DNA of 64,000 nucleotides from Candidatus Woesearchaeota archaeon (lineage in GTDB: Archaea > Nanobdellota > Nanobdellia > Woesearchaeales > SKIA01). The stretch is taken from positions 10,107 to 74,106 of the forward strand of contig JBJKRI010000003.1 in the NCBI GenBank assembly GCA_046704725.1. The letters are read 5' to 3'. Position numbers and translations under genes: made by a program. The notes under the pieces were generated by a model. That model saw only the letters and a program-made list of their open reading frames with translations. It was not told the DNA's origin and did not search any database. Below, piece after piece: positions 27,397 through 36,633 of this stretch (its first letter is position 1; each line of letters opens with the position of its first letter).

Positions 27397-27858
27397 ATGT
27401 ATCGCCGGAACGTCGCGGACGCGATCCACACGGAATCCCTGCCGATGGCCGTAGAGCTCGGGCAGGATGTTGGCAGTGCCGGCAGGCGGTTCAGCCTTGC
27501 AGGTATGTTCTACATGCCTGTGGACGATGAGCGACCAGGGCTCATAACAGTCATCTCGCATCATCTCGCCGCATTGTCCGGTCTGTTGCACGGAGAGACT
27601 GTGGACGCGCGTCTTCACCAGCAAGGGCTCCTAGCGAGCGGCACGCTCGCGCTCAACGACCTAACAGTGAAGGGTGAGTTCACGTACTGGAGAAATCCAG
27701 GTCTCGGCCTACCGCGGAGCTTCACCGTCAATGGTGGATGGCACCAAGGTGCCTATGGCGGTCTTTGGCAATCGGATGGGGTGAAGGGGATGTTCTATCT
27801 GCGCCCATATCTCGATTTCCGATCGGATGGCCCTGTGGAACAGCGACGCGTCGGCTGA
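27397..27858 (+). CDS. Hypothetical protein (153 aa)
   Basis: ORF only. Weak. Confidence 0.3.
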   Translation: MYRRNVADAIHTESLPMAVELGQDVGSAGRRFSLAGMFYMPVDDERPGLITVISHHLAALSGLLHGETVDARLHQQGLLASGTLALNDLTVKGEFTYWRNPGLGLPRSFTVNGGWHQGAYGGLWQSDGVKGMFYLRPYLDFRSDGPVEQRRVG

Positions 27859-27911
27859 CCACTGGACAATCACCCGCAATGAAATAAAAAGCCCCTTCAC
27901 ATTTCTTTCCC

Positions 27912-30074
27912 GTGATCTCGTTCACGCCGCGATTGTACCAGCAGACCATCGTCGGCACGGCCTCCTTGCACAACACGCTCGTCGTGCTCCCGACCGGTCT
28001 TGGCAAGACGCACATCGCCATCATGCTCGCGGCCCACCGGCTCAAGCAATACCCCAAGAGCAAGATCCTCGTCCTCGCCCCGACAAAGCCGTTGGTGGAC
28101 CAGCACACCAAGACCTTCGCCGAGCACCTGCCCGATGCGGAATCGCTCTCCACCGTCCTCACCGGTCGCGTCTCCCCCGAGAAGCGCCAGACAGAGTACG
28201 AACGCGCCACCTTCATCTTCAGCACCCCGCAGACCATCGAGAACGATCTGCTATCGGACCGCGTCTCCCTCAAGGACGTCAGCCTCCTCGTCCTGGACGA
28301 GGCGCACCGCGCCGTCGGCGACTACGCCTACGTCTACATCGCCAAGCAATACCGCAAGCACGCATCGCACGAGCGCATCCTGTCTCTCACCGCTTCGCCG
28401 GGAAGCGACAAGCAATCCATCGAGGAGGTCGTGCGTAATGTCGCGGCCGAGAAGATCGAGGTGCGCACGCAAGACGATCCCGACGTCAAGCCCTACGTGC
28501 AGGAGATGGAGGTGCAGTACCGCGAGGTCGACCTCCCCCCGCAGCTCACCGCGCTGCGCGACGTCGTCGCGCGCCTCATACGCAACCGCCTGTCCATGCT
28601 CAAGCAGCACGGTTTCATCAATGACACGCAGCTCAACAAGACGCAGCTCCTCATGGCCCAGAAGGAACTGCAGGGACAGCTGCGCGGCGGACAGCCCGAC
28701 CCCATGGTCTGGCGCGCCCTCTCCGTGCTCGCCGAGGTCATGAAGGCGCAGCACGCGCAAGAGCTCTTGGAGAGCCAGGGCGTCTCCGCGGTGGTGAGCT
28801 ATCTCTCATCCTTGGAGCGGCAGGCCGCGAGAGGCCAGTCCAAGGCCGTCAAGAACCTCGTCTCCGACCCGGAGTTTCGCCATGTCATTATGACCGCGCA
28901 GTCCCTCGAGGAAAAAGGCGTCGAGCACCCCAAGCTCGCCACGTTGTTGGCGCTGGTCAAGCTCACGCTCACCAAGAACAAGAGGGCGAAGATCATCGTC
29001 TTCTCGCAGTACCGCGACATGGCGCAGAAGATCGTCAAGTCATTGGGGGAGAAAGCGCGATTGTTCGTCGGCCAGCAGAAGAAGGGCGAGACCGGGTTGA
29101 CGCAGAAAGAGCAAAAAGAGATGCTCGCCGAGTTCCGCGAAGGAGAGTTCCCCGTGCTCGTCGCGACCGCCGTCGGCGAGGAGGGACTCGACATCCCCAG
29201 CGTCGACCTCGTCGCCTTCTACGAGCCCGTGCCCAGCGCGATACGCACTATCCAGCGCCGCGGCCGCACCGGACGGCACGACACGGGCCATGTCGTCGTG
29301 CTCGTCGCCAAAGGCACGCGCGACGAGGGCTATCGCTGGTCCGCCCATCACAAGGAGAAGCGCATGCACCGCGCCCTCCAGCAGGTCGCCGCCGCCCCGG
29401 CCCCCAAGCAGCAGTCCACGCTCTCCGAGTTCACGCAGGAGACGGTCATCTATGCCGATAGCAGGGAGAAGGGTTCGGGCGTCCTCAAGGAACTCCAGTC
29501 GTTGGGCGTCAAGCTCGTCCTGCGACAGTTGGACGTCGGCGACTACGTCTTGTCCAAGCGCGTCTGCGTGGAGTTCAAGGCCGTCGACGATTTCGTCAAC
29601 AGCATCCTCGACGGTCGGCTCATGGCGCAGATGCGCGCCCTCACCCGCTACCAGCGTCCCTTGCTCGTCGTGCAGGGCGGTGATTGGTATTCGCAGCGCA
29701 ACGTCCATCCGAATGCCATCCGTGGAGCCCTTTCGGCGATCAGCGTGAGCTTCGGCGTTCCCATCCTGACGACGCAGAACGACAAGGACACCGCTTCCTT
29801 GCTCGCGTTGATCGCGCGCCGGGAGAAGGACGGCGGCATCGGCGCGGCTGAGTTCGCCGCACCGCGCCCCCAGAACGAGCAAGAAGAATTGGTCGCTGTG
29901 GTCGCGCAATTGCACGGCGTCGGGCCCGTGCTCGCGCCTAAGTTGCTCGCATTCTTCGGTACGCTGCGTGACCTCGCCAACGCGTCCGTCGATGATTTGA
30001 CGTCGGTCGAGGGGATAGGGAAGAAGAAGGCCGAGGAGATCTACGCGGCCTTGACACGCCGGTTCGAAGCGTGA
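27912..30074 (+). CDS. hef: Hef (FANCM-like): SF2 helicase fused to an XPF/ERCC4 nuclease and C-terminal (HhH)2
   Basis: LPTGLGKT, DEAH, TAS, QRRGRTGR. Nuclease region YADSREKGSG...GDYVLSKRVCVEFKAVDDF. C-terminal HhH2. GTG start. Confidence 0.9.
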   Translation: MISFTPRLYQQTIVGTASLHNTLVVLPTGLGKTHIAIMLAAHRLKQYPKSKILVLAPTKPLVDQHTKTFAEHLPDAESLSTVLTGRVSPEKRQTEYERATFIFSTPQTIENDLLSDRVSLKDVSLLVLDEAHRAVGDYAYVYIAKQYRKHASHERILSLTASPGSDKQSIEEVVRNVAAEKIEVRTQDDPDVKPYVQEMEVQYREVDLPPQLTALRDVVARLIRNRLSMLKQHGFINDTQLNKTQLLMAQKELQGQLRGGQPDPMVWRALSVLAEVMKAQHAQELLESQGVSAVVSYLSSLERQAARGQSKAVKNLVSDPEFRHVIMTAQSLEEKGVEHPKLATLLALVKLTLTKNKRAKIIVFSQYRDMAQKIVKSLGEKARLFVGQQKKGETGLTQKEQKEMLAEFREGEFPVLVATAVGEEGLDIPSVDLVAFYEPVPSAIRTIQRRGRTGRHDTGHVVVLVAKGTRDEGYRWSAHHKEKRMHRALQQVAAAPAPKQQSTLSEFTQETVIYADSREKGSGVLKELQSLGVKLVLRQLDVGDYVLSKRVCVEFKAVDDFVNSILDGRLMAQMRALTRYQRPLLVVQGGDWYSQRNVHPNAIRGALSAISVSFGVPILTTQNDKDTASLLALIARREKDGGIGAAEFAAPRPQNEQEELVAVVAQLHGVGPVLAPKLLAFFGTLRDLANASVDDLTSVEGIGKKKAEEIYAALTRRFEA

Positions 30075-30347
30075 GGACCTTGTATTCCTGCTCTCCCGGT
30101 CCACCAAGATACTCGGCCGGCTGCTGCGCGAGGGGGAATCCGGGATTCGTGTTCGCGGGAACCTCGTACGTGCCTCTGAGCGCCGCCCGCTCGGCCAGCG
30201 GTTTCGCGGGCAGGGTGTACGCGGTGAATGCCGTGGCGAGGGCTGCGATGCCGATGAGCTTGTGCATGACATAGGCGTGCGCTCCGTGCTTTTCTTGTTT
30301 GTGGTGGAGCAGCGCATCTTTTATACTCCTGTTCATAGGAATCAGTC

Positions 30348-30668
30348 ATGGGCATCTTTTTCCTCTCCGAGCAGCGACGGAAAGAGGGCAAGCATTGGTG
30401 GGTCCTCTCTGCCGAGAGCACCCCGTTCATCGGGTATCTCGTCTTGTTCTTGATCGTGCTCGCCTCGGCGATCTGGCCGTTCACCTTCGTCTACGTTCTC
30501 GGTCATGCGTATATCGTCGTGATGCCAGTCCTCATCGCGCTCTTCGTCGGATTGACGGGCGACCTCGCATACGAGTCGCGCCCGTTGTTCTTCGTGCGAT
30601 TTCGGAAGAAGCGTTTCACCATCGAGCGCCTCCCTAATGGCACGCGTCGCGTCTGGATCGAGCGTTAG
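30348..30668 (+). CDS. Small 2-TM membrane protein (106 aa)
   Basis: Hydrophobic ORF. Confidence 0.35.
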   Translation: MGIFFLSEQRRKEGKHWWVLSAESTPFIGYLVLFLIVLASAIWPFTFVYVLGHAYIVVMPVLIALFVGLTGDLAYESRPLFFVRFRKKRFTIERLPNGTRRVWIER

Positions 30669-30742
30669 TCCTTGGCGCCCGCGCCGTTCCGGACATGCTT
30701 CTCCACAAGCTTTATTTTCTCCACTCTTTCGTGGTCCTGTAA

Positions 30743-31465
30743 ATGTTCCCCGGACACCCATCAACGTACGTCCTCATCCCCGAAGCAGACGGCGAACCGC
30801 AATTCTTGTTCGCGCGGAGTTGTCTCCCAGAGAAGTATTTCCGTAGCCACAGCTCCAGTCTTCCTCCAGGGCTTCCGCAGAACCAATTCAAGCGCGCCAG
30901 CAAGGCCGGGTTCCAGAACACCATATCTCCGCATGGTTTCGCCGGTTTCATGACCATCGACGAGGCGGCTGAGGTGGCGCGTCTCCTGGGCCGTTCGCTG
31001 CCAACTCCCTCTCAACTCGCGCGGGCGCTCGCGTATCTGGAGAGCGAAGAGCCGCTCTACAACGAGTTCTTGCTGCGGTACGACGATAAGGAGGCGCAAC
31101 AGTTACGCGATGACGTTCTCTTTTCCCTTGCTCCCCGGATCGAGTTCCTGCAAGGGTATGTCCGGTATGACAGCATGTGCTATCACTTCGGTCTTGAGAA
31201 CACCCGTGATCTGTCGGACAAGGTCAATCTGTACAATGCGTTGCCCGTCGGACGCCACGCTATCTCCAGCGAGCGGTGGATGCGCGATAATATCGCAGGC
31301 TTTCCGACAGCCGAGGCGAAGAAGGGTCGTAGCGATATGGAGTTCTCGTTCACTGACGACGGCCGCGATCTCGGCGTGTACTGGGATGCGAGCGTTAATC
31401 GGCTCGCGATCGTGTCGCGCCACAAGGCTCCGCTCGGGGCGGTCCGTCTGGTACGTCACCCGTAA
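30743..31465 (+). CDS. Hypothetical protein (240 aa). Alternative start at ATG 30950.
   Basis: ORF. The 5' part is somewhat AT-richer than the surrounding DNA. Confidence 0.35.
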   Translation: MFPGHPSTYVLIPEADGEPQFLFARSCLPEKYFRSHSSSLPPGLPQNQFKRASKAGFQNTISPHGFAGFMTIDEAAEVARLLGRSLPTPSQLARALAYLESEEPLYNEFLLRYDDKEAQQLRDDVLFSLAPRIEFLQGYVRYDSMCYHFGLENTRDLSDKVNLYNALPVGRHAISSERWMRDNIAGFPTAEAKKGRSDMEFSFTDDGRDLGVYWDASVNRLAIVSRHKAPLGAVRLVRHP

Positions 31466-31468
31466 CGG

Positions 31469-31813
31469 TCAACCGCTCTCCAGGACGCGTGCGAGCACCA
31501 CGGCATTGTTGTGCTGCGTGTCCTTCGCCGCGTACACCAGTGTGACGCGCTTTTGTGCCCGGAGGCGTTCCAGCGCGTCCTTGTGCGCCGGGAGCTCTTT
31601 CTCGTAGCGTTCGGCGAATTCCCTAAAGCGCCCGGGTTCGTGGCCGAACCACTTGCGCAGCCCGTCGCTCGGCGCGAGCTCTTTTTCCCACGCGTCGATA
31701 CGCAACTCCTTTTTTGAGACGCCGCGCGGCCAGAGCCGGTCCACGAGGACGCGATAGCCGTCGTCCTGTGATGCAGCCTCGTACGCTCGCTTCAGCCGGA
31801 TCTCCACGCGCAT
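31469..31813 (-). CDS. DUF488-family protein (114 aa)
   Basis: YRVLVDRLWPRGVSKKEL...LRKWFGHEP...VTLVYAAKD pattern. Internal ATG at 31813. Confidence 0.6.
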   Translation of the reverse strand: MRVEIRLKRAYEAASQDDGYRVLVDRLWPRGVSKKELRIDAWEKELAPSDGLRKWFGHEPGRFREFAERYEKELPAHKDALERLRAQKRVTLVYAAKDTQHNNAVVLARVLESG

Positions 31814-31830
31814 CTCCACGTCCGCATGGT

Positions 31831-32829
31831 TCAAGTGTCTTTCGGCAGCACGAGGGGCTTTTTTCCCACGATGATGATGTTCTCGTGCCGTACGCCCTCG
31901 TCGTAGTACAGTCCGGGCTCGATCGTCACGACCATTCCTTCCTCCAATGTCATGTCGCTGCGCTCTGACAGGTTCGGCGCCTCGTGGATGTCCAGTCCCA
32001 CGCCGTGCCCCAACGAGTGGATGAGCCCGTGCTCGTCGTCCGTCGGAAAGCCGCGTGTCTCCAGTTCTTTCGTGGCGTACGCGGCGATGTCGGCCACCTT
32101 CGCTCCGGGAACGCATTTCTTGACGCACGCGTCGTGGACTTCTTTCACGGCGTCGAGCATCTTTTGCGCGTTTGCGTCGTCCCCAACAATCACTGTTCGG
32201 GTCATATCGCCGTAGTATCTCGTGCGTTCCGATTGTGGGAAGATATCGATGATGACCGGTCCTTCTTTGATGGCACCGGTTCCGCGGTGGTGCGGCAATC
32301 TCGTCTGTCCTGCCGAGCTGATGATGAGGTCGGGGCAGTCGTAGCCATGCCGGATGAGCTGCGAGCGCGCCTCCGCCTTGAGGGCTTCGCTCGTGAGCGG
32401 CTCCCCCTTCCAATGGAGGATACCGTCCTTGAGTTCGGCTTCCTGCAAGCGCTTCTCGATGAGCGCGATGGCTCCGGCCGCTTCTTCCTGCGCTTCCTCG
32501 ATCGCTGCCAGTTCATCTTCATTCTTGATGCGTCGTTCGGGGAAGACCTCGCGCACGACCTCCGCTTTCCCGGGGATACGGTCCACAATGCCGTGCGGAA
32601 AGTCGAACGGCACCTTCGCCTCTTTGACGTTCTTGAGCGCTTCTTTCAGGCTCGTGAGTTCGCGCACCTCGATGTCGCCGACGATCTCCTCTCTCGCCCG
32701 CAGGAATTCGAAGCCGGGCACCCAAAGAGTGCGTTTCTTGTCCTCGATGTAGAGCACATCGACATCGCTGTTCCAGCGGCAGCGATAGTAGATGTCCGCG
32801 CTGTCCGCGCGGCCGAAGAGCACGAGCAT
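31831..32829 (-). CDS. M24B Xaa-Pro peptidase (creatinase-like N-domain plus pita-bread domain)
   Basis: HGLIHSLGHGVGLDIHE and VVTIEPGLY motifs. Start taken at ATG 32829, downstream of the shared TATA. Confidence 0.75.
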   Translation of the reverse strand: MLVLFGRADSADIYYRCRWNSDVDVLYIEDKKRTLWVPGFEFLRAREEIVGDIEVRELTSLKEALKNVKEAKVPFDFPHGIVDRIPGKAEVVREVFPERRIKNEDELAAIEEAQEEAAGAIALIEKRLQEAELKDGILHWKGEPLTSEALKAEARSQLIRHGYDCPDLIISSAGQTRLPHHRGTGAIKEGPVIIDIFPQSERTRYYGDMTRTVIVGDDANAQKMLDAVKEVHDACVKKCVPGAKVADIAAYATKELETRGFPTDDEHGLIHSLGHGVGLDIHEAPNLSERSDMTLEEGMVVTIEPGLYYDEGVRHENIIIVGKKPLVLPKDT

Positions 32830-32888
32830 GCCCGTGCCGTGGCCCGCCGCCTCATAAAGCTTTGGCACTGGAAAGACCGCGTGAACGT

Positions 32889-32896
32889 TTTTATAG
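32889..32896. promoter_or_regulatory. TATA box (ttttatag) in the 87-bp divergent region between the peptidase and the primase. It lies 21-28 nt upstream of primase ATG 32917.
   Basis: Spacing fits a leaderless primase transcript. Confidence 0.4.
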
Positions 32897-32916
32897 CGCC
32901 TTTCCACCCTCTCCCC

Positions 32917-34434
32917 ATGCTCCCTCTGCACGTCACCTTGTCCTATTACAAGCGCGCGGACATCCGCAAGGCCATGGCCGAGCAGTGCCGCGGCAAGGAG
33001 GTCGCCATCAAGTACGGTAATGGCTTCGGAAAGCGTCCCGACATGGTCGTCTACGACAGCGACATCCTCTCTTTCGCCCAGAAGAAAGCGACGAGCTTCC
33101 ACGTGAGCGAGGAGACCTGGAGCAATCCCATGCAACTCGCTCCGGGCATGCGCAAGGCGGACATGGACGCGTTGCGCGTGGGCTGGGACCTCGTGCTCGA
33201 TATCGACTTCCCCGTCTGGGAGGCGACGCGCGTCATCGCCGACGCACTCTGGAAGCAGCTTTTGGAGGAGGGCGTGCCTGAGAAGGCCATCACCGCGAAG
33301 TTCTCCGGCAACAAGGGCTTCCACATCGCTGTGCCCTTCGAGGCATTTCCCGACGCGGTGCTCGACGAGGACGGGAAAGAATTGCTCGTCTCCGACCTGT
33401 TCCCTGACGGCGTGCGCAGCATCCTCGGTTACCTAGTCTCCCGCGTGGACGGTCCCGAGAACGGCTTCTCCCTTTCCGAGCGGCTCGTTAAGGATTTAGG
33501 TGCGGACGCGTTGCGCTCCATGCTCGTGGAGGTCTGCGAGTCCTGCGGGAGAAAAGCGCCTGGCCGCGCGGTCGAGGGCAACGAGTTCGTCTGCGAGCGC
33601 TGCGGCTATCGCGAGCGAAAGGACGTCGATTACATGGACTGCCCCAAGTGCAAGACCATGGGCCGCACGACCTTGCTCACGCCCGTCGGTCGCGCCAACT
33701 CCGAGCCGTGCAAGTGCGGCTCCAAGCGCTTCCGCAAGAAGGTCGACCTCGCGGTCGACACCATGCTCGTCTCCTCGCGGCACATGTATCGCCTGGCGTG
33801 GAGCCTCCACGAGAAGAGCTTCGACGGGAAAAGAGCGCTTGTCTCATTGCCGATCCCGCCGCGGCGCATGCACGATTTCGACAAGGAAGAGGCCGGCGCG
33901 AAGCACGCGAAGACCGATACCCCCTTCCTCTCCCGTGACGTCCCGCGCGATTGCGCCTCCGCATTGCTGCAGCGCGGCCTCGCCTACCGCGCCCCCGACG
34001 CCGAGGACAGGCCCTCGTTCGCGGAGATCGAGTGGGCCGGCGACGCCGCGCCGGAGGAGGCGTTCCCCCCGCCCATCAAAAAGATGCTCACGGGCATGGA
34101 GGACGGACGCAAGCGCGCCTTGTTCGTGCTCACGAACTTCCTGCGCAGCGTGGGCTGGTCCTACGAGATGATCGAGGCGCGCCTCGACGAGTGGAACAAG
34201 GCCAACCCCGAGCCCTTGCGCGAGGTCGAGCTGCGCGGCCACATCCGCTACCACAAGCAGAAGGGCCAGAACGTGTTGCCGCCGAACTTCGACAACGACA
34301 TGTACTACAAGGATCTCGGCGTGCTCGAGCACGACGAGTTGAGCCGGCGCGTCAAGAATCCTGTGCAGTACGTCCGTCTCAAGATGAAGCAGGGCGGCTC
34401 GCGCGAGCAGACCACATCCTCCGGGCGTGCGTAG
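32917..34434 (+). CDS. priS: Archaeo-eukaryotic primase catalytic subunit PriS (505 aa) with Zn-binding motifs and a ~200-aa C-terminal helical extension. Possibly a fused PriS-PriL-like single-chain primase.
   Basis: DLVLDIDF catalytic acidic motif, SGNKGFHI, Zn knuckles CESCGRK..CERCGY and CPKCKT..CKCGS. The first 311 aa of track ORF 31984..34434 are a shadow ORF antisense to the peptidase. Confidence 0.8.
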   Translation: MLPLHVTLSYYKRADIRKAMAEQCRGKEVAIKYGNGFGKRPDMVVYDSDILSFAQKKATSFHVSEETWSNPMQLAPGMRKADMDALRVGWDLVLDIDFPVWEATRVIADALWKQLLEEGVPEKAITAKFSGNKGFHIAVPFEAFPDAVLDEDGKELLVSDLFPDGVRSILGYLVSRVDGPENGFSLSERLVKDLGADALRSMLVEVCESCGRKAPGRAVEGNEFVCERCGYRERKDVDYMDCPKCKTMGRTTLLTPVGRANSEPCKCGSKRFRKKVDLAVDTMLVSSRHMYRLAWSLHEKSFDGKRALVSLPIPPRRMHDFDKEEAGAKHAKTDTPFLSRDVPRDCASALLQRGLAYRAPDAEDRPSFAEIEWAGDAAPEEAFPPPIKKMLTGMEDGRKRALFVLTNFLRSVGWSYEMIEARLDEWNKANPEPLREVELRGHIRYHKQKGQNVLPPNFDNDMYYKDLGVLEHDELSRRVKNPVQYVRLKMKQGGSREQTTSSGRA

Positions 34435-34505
34435 ATTTATATCCGGGATGCCCCGGAAAACAGGGATTGGCGACCGCGGATCTGGGGGACATCGGCGAGC
34501 AGGTC

Positions 34506-34916
34506 ATGTCATTGCTGCAGGAGCTTCCTCGGACGCTGCGGACGTCGAGCTTCCGGCTCGACGGGCATGGACGGGGCGTGTCGATTTTCGCGAAATATGA
34601 CGGCGTGTCGTTGCAGATGAATTGCGCTCAGCACGGCAGCGCGCTGGCGCTCAGCACGGGCACCGATGAGCCGAGCGACCGCTACTCTGTACGAAATCCG
34701 CTGGTGTTTCGTGGGCATCGCCTCGATCTGTACGATGCCGATTCGCTCCTCCTCAGCATGCGGATCGAACCAGGAGATGAGACGCATCATTTTGTGATCC
34801 TCGGGCAAAACGACCACGTGATCGCGAGCGGATATCTCTTGCAGGACAACGCTTATGAACATCAGTATCCAGGGTCTGCGCATGACCGTGGATACCCGGT
34901 TCGGCACGTATCCTGA
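34506..34916 (+). CDS. Hypothetical protein (136 aa). Overlaps the next gene by 62 nt in another frame.
   Basis: Hand-translated from ATG 34506. Protein-like. Confidence 0.3.
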   Translation: MSLLQELPRTLRTSSFRLDGHGRGVSIFAKYDGVSLQMNCAQHGSALALSTGTDEPSDRYSVRNPLVFRGHRLDLYDADSLLLSMRIEPGDETHHFVILGQNDHVIASGYLLQDNAYEHQYPGSAHDRGYPVRHVS

Positions 34917-35523
34917 GAAGTTCGCGAAGTACGTCAGGCCGACCGATCTGGTCGATTTCGATGTCGCCGCCGTGAAAAAGCAGGCCCACGAGCTCACGAA
35001 AGAGGCGACGACCGCCCGCGAGGCGCTGACCGCGATCCATTCTTTCGTCTCGTCGCTGCCGCTCGGCTTCGATAGGGAGGATTCGCCCGCGAGCGTCATC
35101 TTGCGCAATCACCGCGCGCAGTGCAACACCAAGACCACTCTCTTCATCGCCATGGCGCGCACGATCGGCATCCCCGCGCGCCTCCATGCTTGGAGCATCA
35201 AGCGTAAAGCGCACAAGGTCTCCTTACCCAAGCTCGTCTACTTGTTCACGCCCCGCGTCACGCTCTTCACGCTTCCTGAGGTCTATCACGGTCGGGAGTG
35301 GTGCACGCTCGACGCGGTGCTGAGCGAGGACGGTGAATCCGATCCTCACGACTGTCCGTTCGACGACGCTCCTCATCGGGACCGCCCGATTCCCAAGGAG
35401 CTCATCGTCGAGGACCTGGGCAGCTTCTGGCACCCTGACACGTTCTGGGCCACGTTCGGCACGAACGCCGACGGATGGAGAAAGCTGGCCTTGCCGTTCG
35501 TTCGTCCGCGGAAACGCTCTTAA
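34855..35523 (+). CDS. Transglutaminase-like cysteine-protease domain protein
   Basis: ASVILRNHRAQCNTKTTLFIAMARTIGIPARL matches the transglutaminase-like core, with Cys nucleophile context. Confidence 0.55.
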   Translation: MNISIQGLRMTVDTRFGTYPEKFAKYVRPTDLVDFDVAAVKKQAHELTKEATTAREALTAIHSFVSSLPLGFDREDSPASVILRNHRAQCNTKTTLFIAMARTIGIPARLHAWSIKRKAHKVSLPKLVYLFTPRVTLFTLPEVYHGREWCTLDAVLSEDGESDPHDCPFDDAPHRDRPIPKELIVEDLGSFWHPDTFWATFGTNADGWRKLALPFVRPRKRS

Positions 35524-35546
35524 ACCCGTTTTCCTAGGAAAGTGCT

Positions 35547-36092
35547 ATGGTACTTGCCCGCGCGTTCGCTTCGCTCATCCTCATGTTCATGATTATCGGC
35601 GCCGTCGCTGTCTATCTCTCGAACGTGAAGGGACAGCCGACCCTCGATACCTTCACCCTCGACACCCCGACCGCTGCCGGCCCGAGCAGGATGGCGTTCT
35701 CGGGCACGCTCTCCATCAAGAACCCGCTCAGCGAATCGATTCCCGTCACGAGCATCAACTACACCATCTATCTCCAGGATTCCGGCGAGACGATCGCCAA
35801 TGGCACGATGCCTGCCTTCACCCTCAAGCCTAATAACGTGACGACAGAGGCCTTCGCGCAGAACATCACATGGGCCCCCTCTTCTTCGGTCATGGACCAT
35901 CTGCTCAGCCAACCGCAGGTCTTCTTGCGCGTGAATGGCACCGCGTACCTTGACATGGGGAAAGGACGTGTCCTTCCCGTACAGTTCACGGCGAAGACGG
36001 ATGCCCGCGATTACGTGCAGAGCGCGTACATCGGCGGCACCCAGGTGCAGAGCGCGCCCGTGGGCGGCAGCAACCTCAAGATCTTTGGATGA
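35547..36092 (+). CDS. Membrane-anchored LEA_2/WHy-domain protein
   Basis: N-terminal TM, then LSIKNPLSESIPVTSINYTIYLQDSGETIANG pattern. Confidence 0.45.
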   Translation: MVLARAFASLILMFMIIGAVAVYLSNVKGQPTLDTFTLDTPTAAGPSRMAFSGTLSIKNPLSESIPVTSINYTIYLQDSGETIANGTMPAFTLKPNNVTTEAFAQNITWAPSSSVMDHLLSQPQVFLRVNGTAYLDMGKGRVLPVQFTAKTDARDYVQSAYIGGTQVQSAPVGGSNLKIFG

Positions 36093-36603
36093 GGTCTTCC
36101 ACCGTCCGCTCCAGCGCGGGGAATTCCGTGTAGCCACTCTGCGCGTCGAGCAGTCCACCGCCGCGCACGATGTGCAGTTCCGCCGACAATGGCGTGCGCA
36201 ATGCGAGCACGGCGTACAACGGCATGCGCGGATCGTCGTCCGCGTGGAAGAACACGATACGCTCCGCGTTCTCTTTGATGGCGGGATAGTCGAACGTGCG
36301 CTGCATGAACGTCGCTGACGCATCATCGGGCGGGGGCATGGCGACCAACAACAACGCCTTCATCTTCTCTTTCTCCGCGCGCGCCAGAACGAACGGCACT
36401 CCCATGCCGTACGCGACCACGATCGCGTCCTCCAAAGCGACGTCCTGGGCGTCGAGCATCTTCTCCCAGTCGTCGAACGTCCCTTCGACCGGGAGCTGCG
36501 GTCCGACGAAGGTCGCTCCCAATGACTGTGCTCGTCGTTTGAGCGAGGGCGCCCAGTGCTCTCGCGGGCTCCCGGCGTGGCTGTGCAGGTAGACGACGCG
36601 CAT
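36076..36603 (-). CDS. Alpha/beta-hydrolase-fold protein (YdeN/RBBP9-like). Nucleophile motif atypical (AYGMG).
   Basis: 175 aa, fold-family pattern only. Confidence 0.4.
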   Translation of the reverse strand: MRVVYLHSHAGSPREHWAPSLKRRAQSLGATFVGPQLPVEGTFDDWEKMLDAQDVALEDAIVVAYGMGVPFVLARAEKEKMKALLLVAMPPPDDASATFMQRTFDYPAIKENAERIVFFHADDDPRMPLYAVLALRTPLSAELHIVRGGGLLDAQSGYTEFPALERTVEDLIQRS

Positions 36604-36633
36604 GTGTCGCTCCGAGGATGACGGGATATAAAC

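Noticed and set aside
29938-30336. Minus ORF with a signal-peptide-like stretch (MHKLIGIAALATAFTA)
   Set aside because: It would overlap the hef 3' end by 137 nt, and its C-terminal half is Arg/Pro/Ser low complexity. Kept only as a doubtful possibility.
31814-32413. Upstream part of ORF 31469..32413(-), N-terminal part of 31831..33324(-) beyond 32829, and first 311 aa of 31984..34434(+)
   Set aside because: Mutually overlapping shadow ORFs with Arg-rich composition. Real genes are DUF488, the M24 peptidase and the primase with internal starts.
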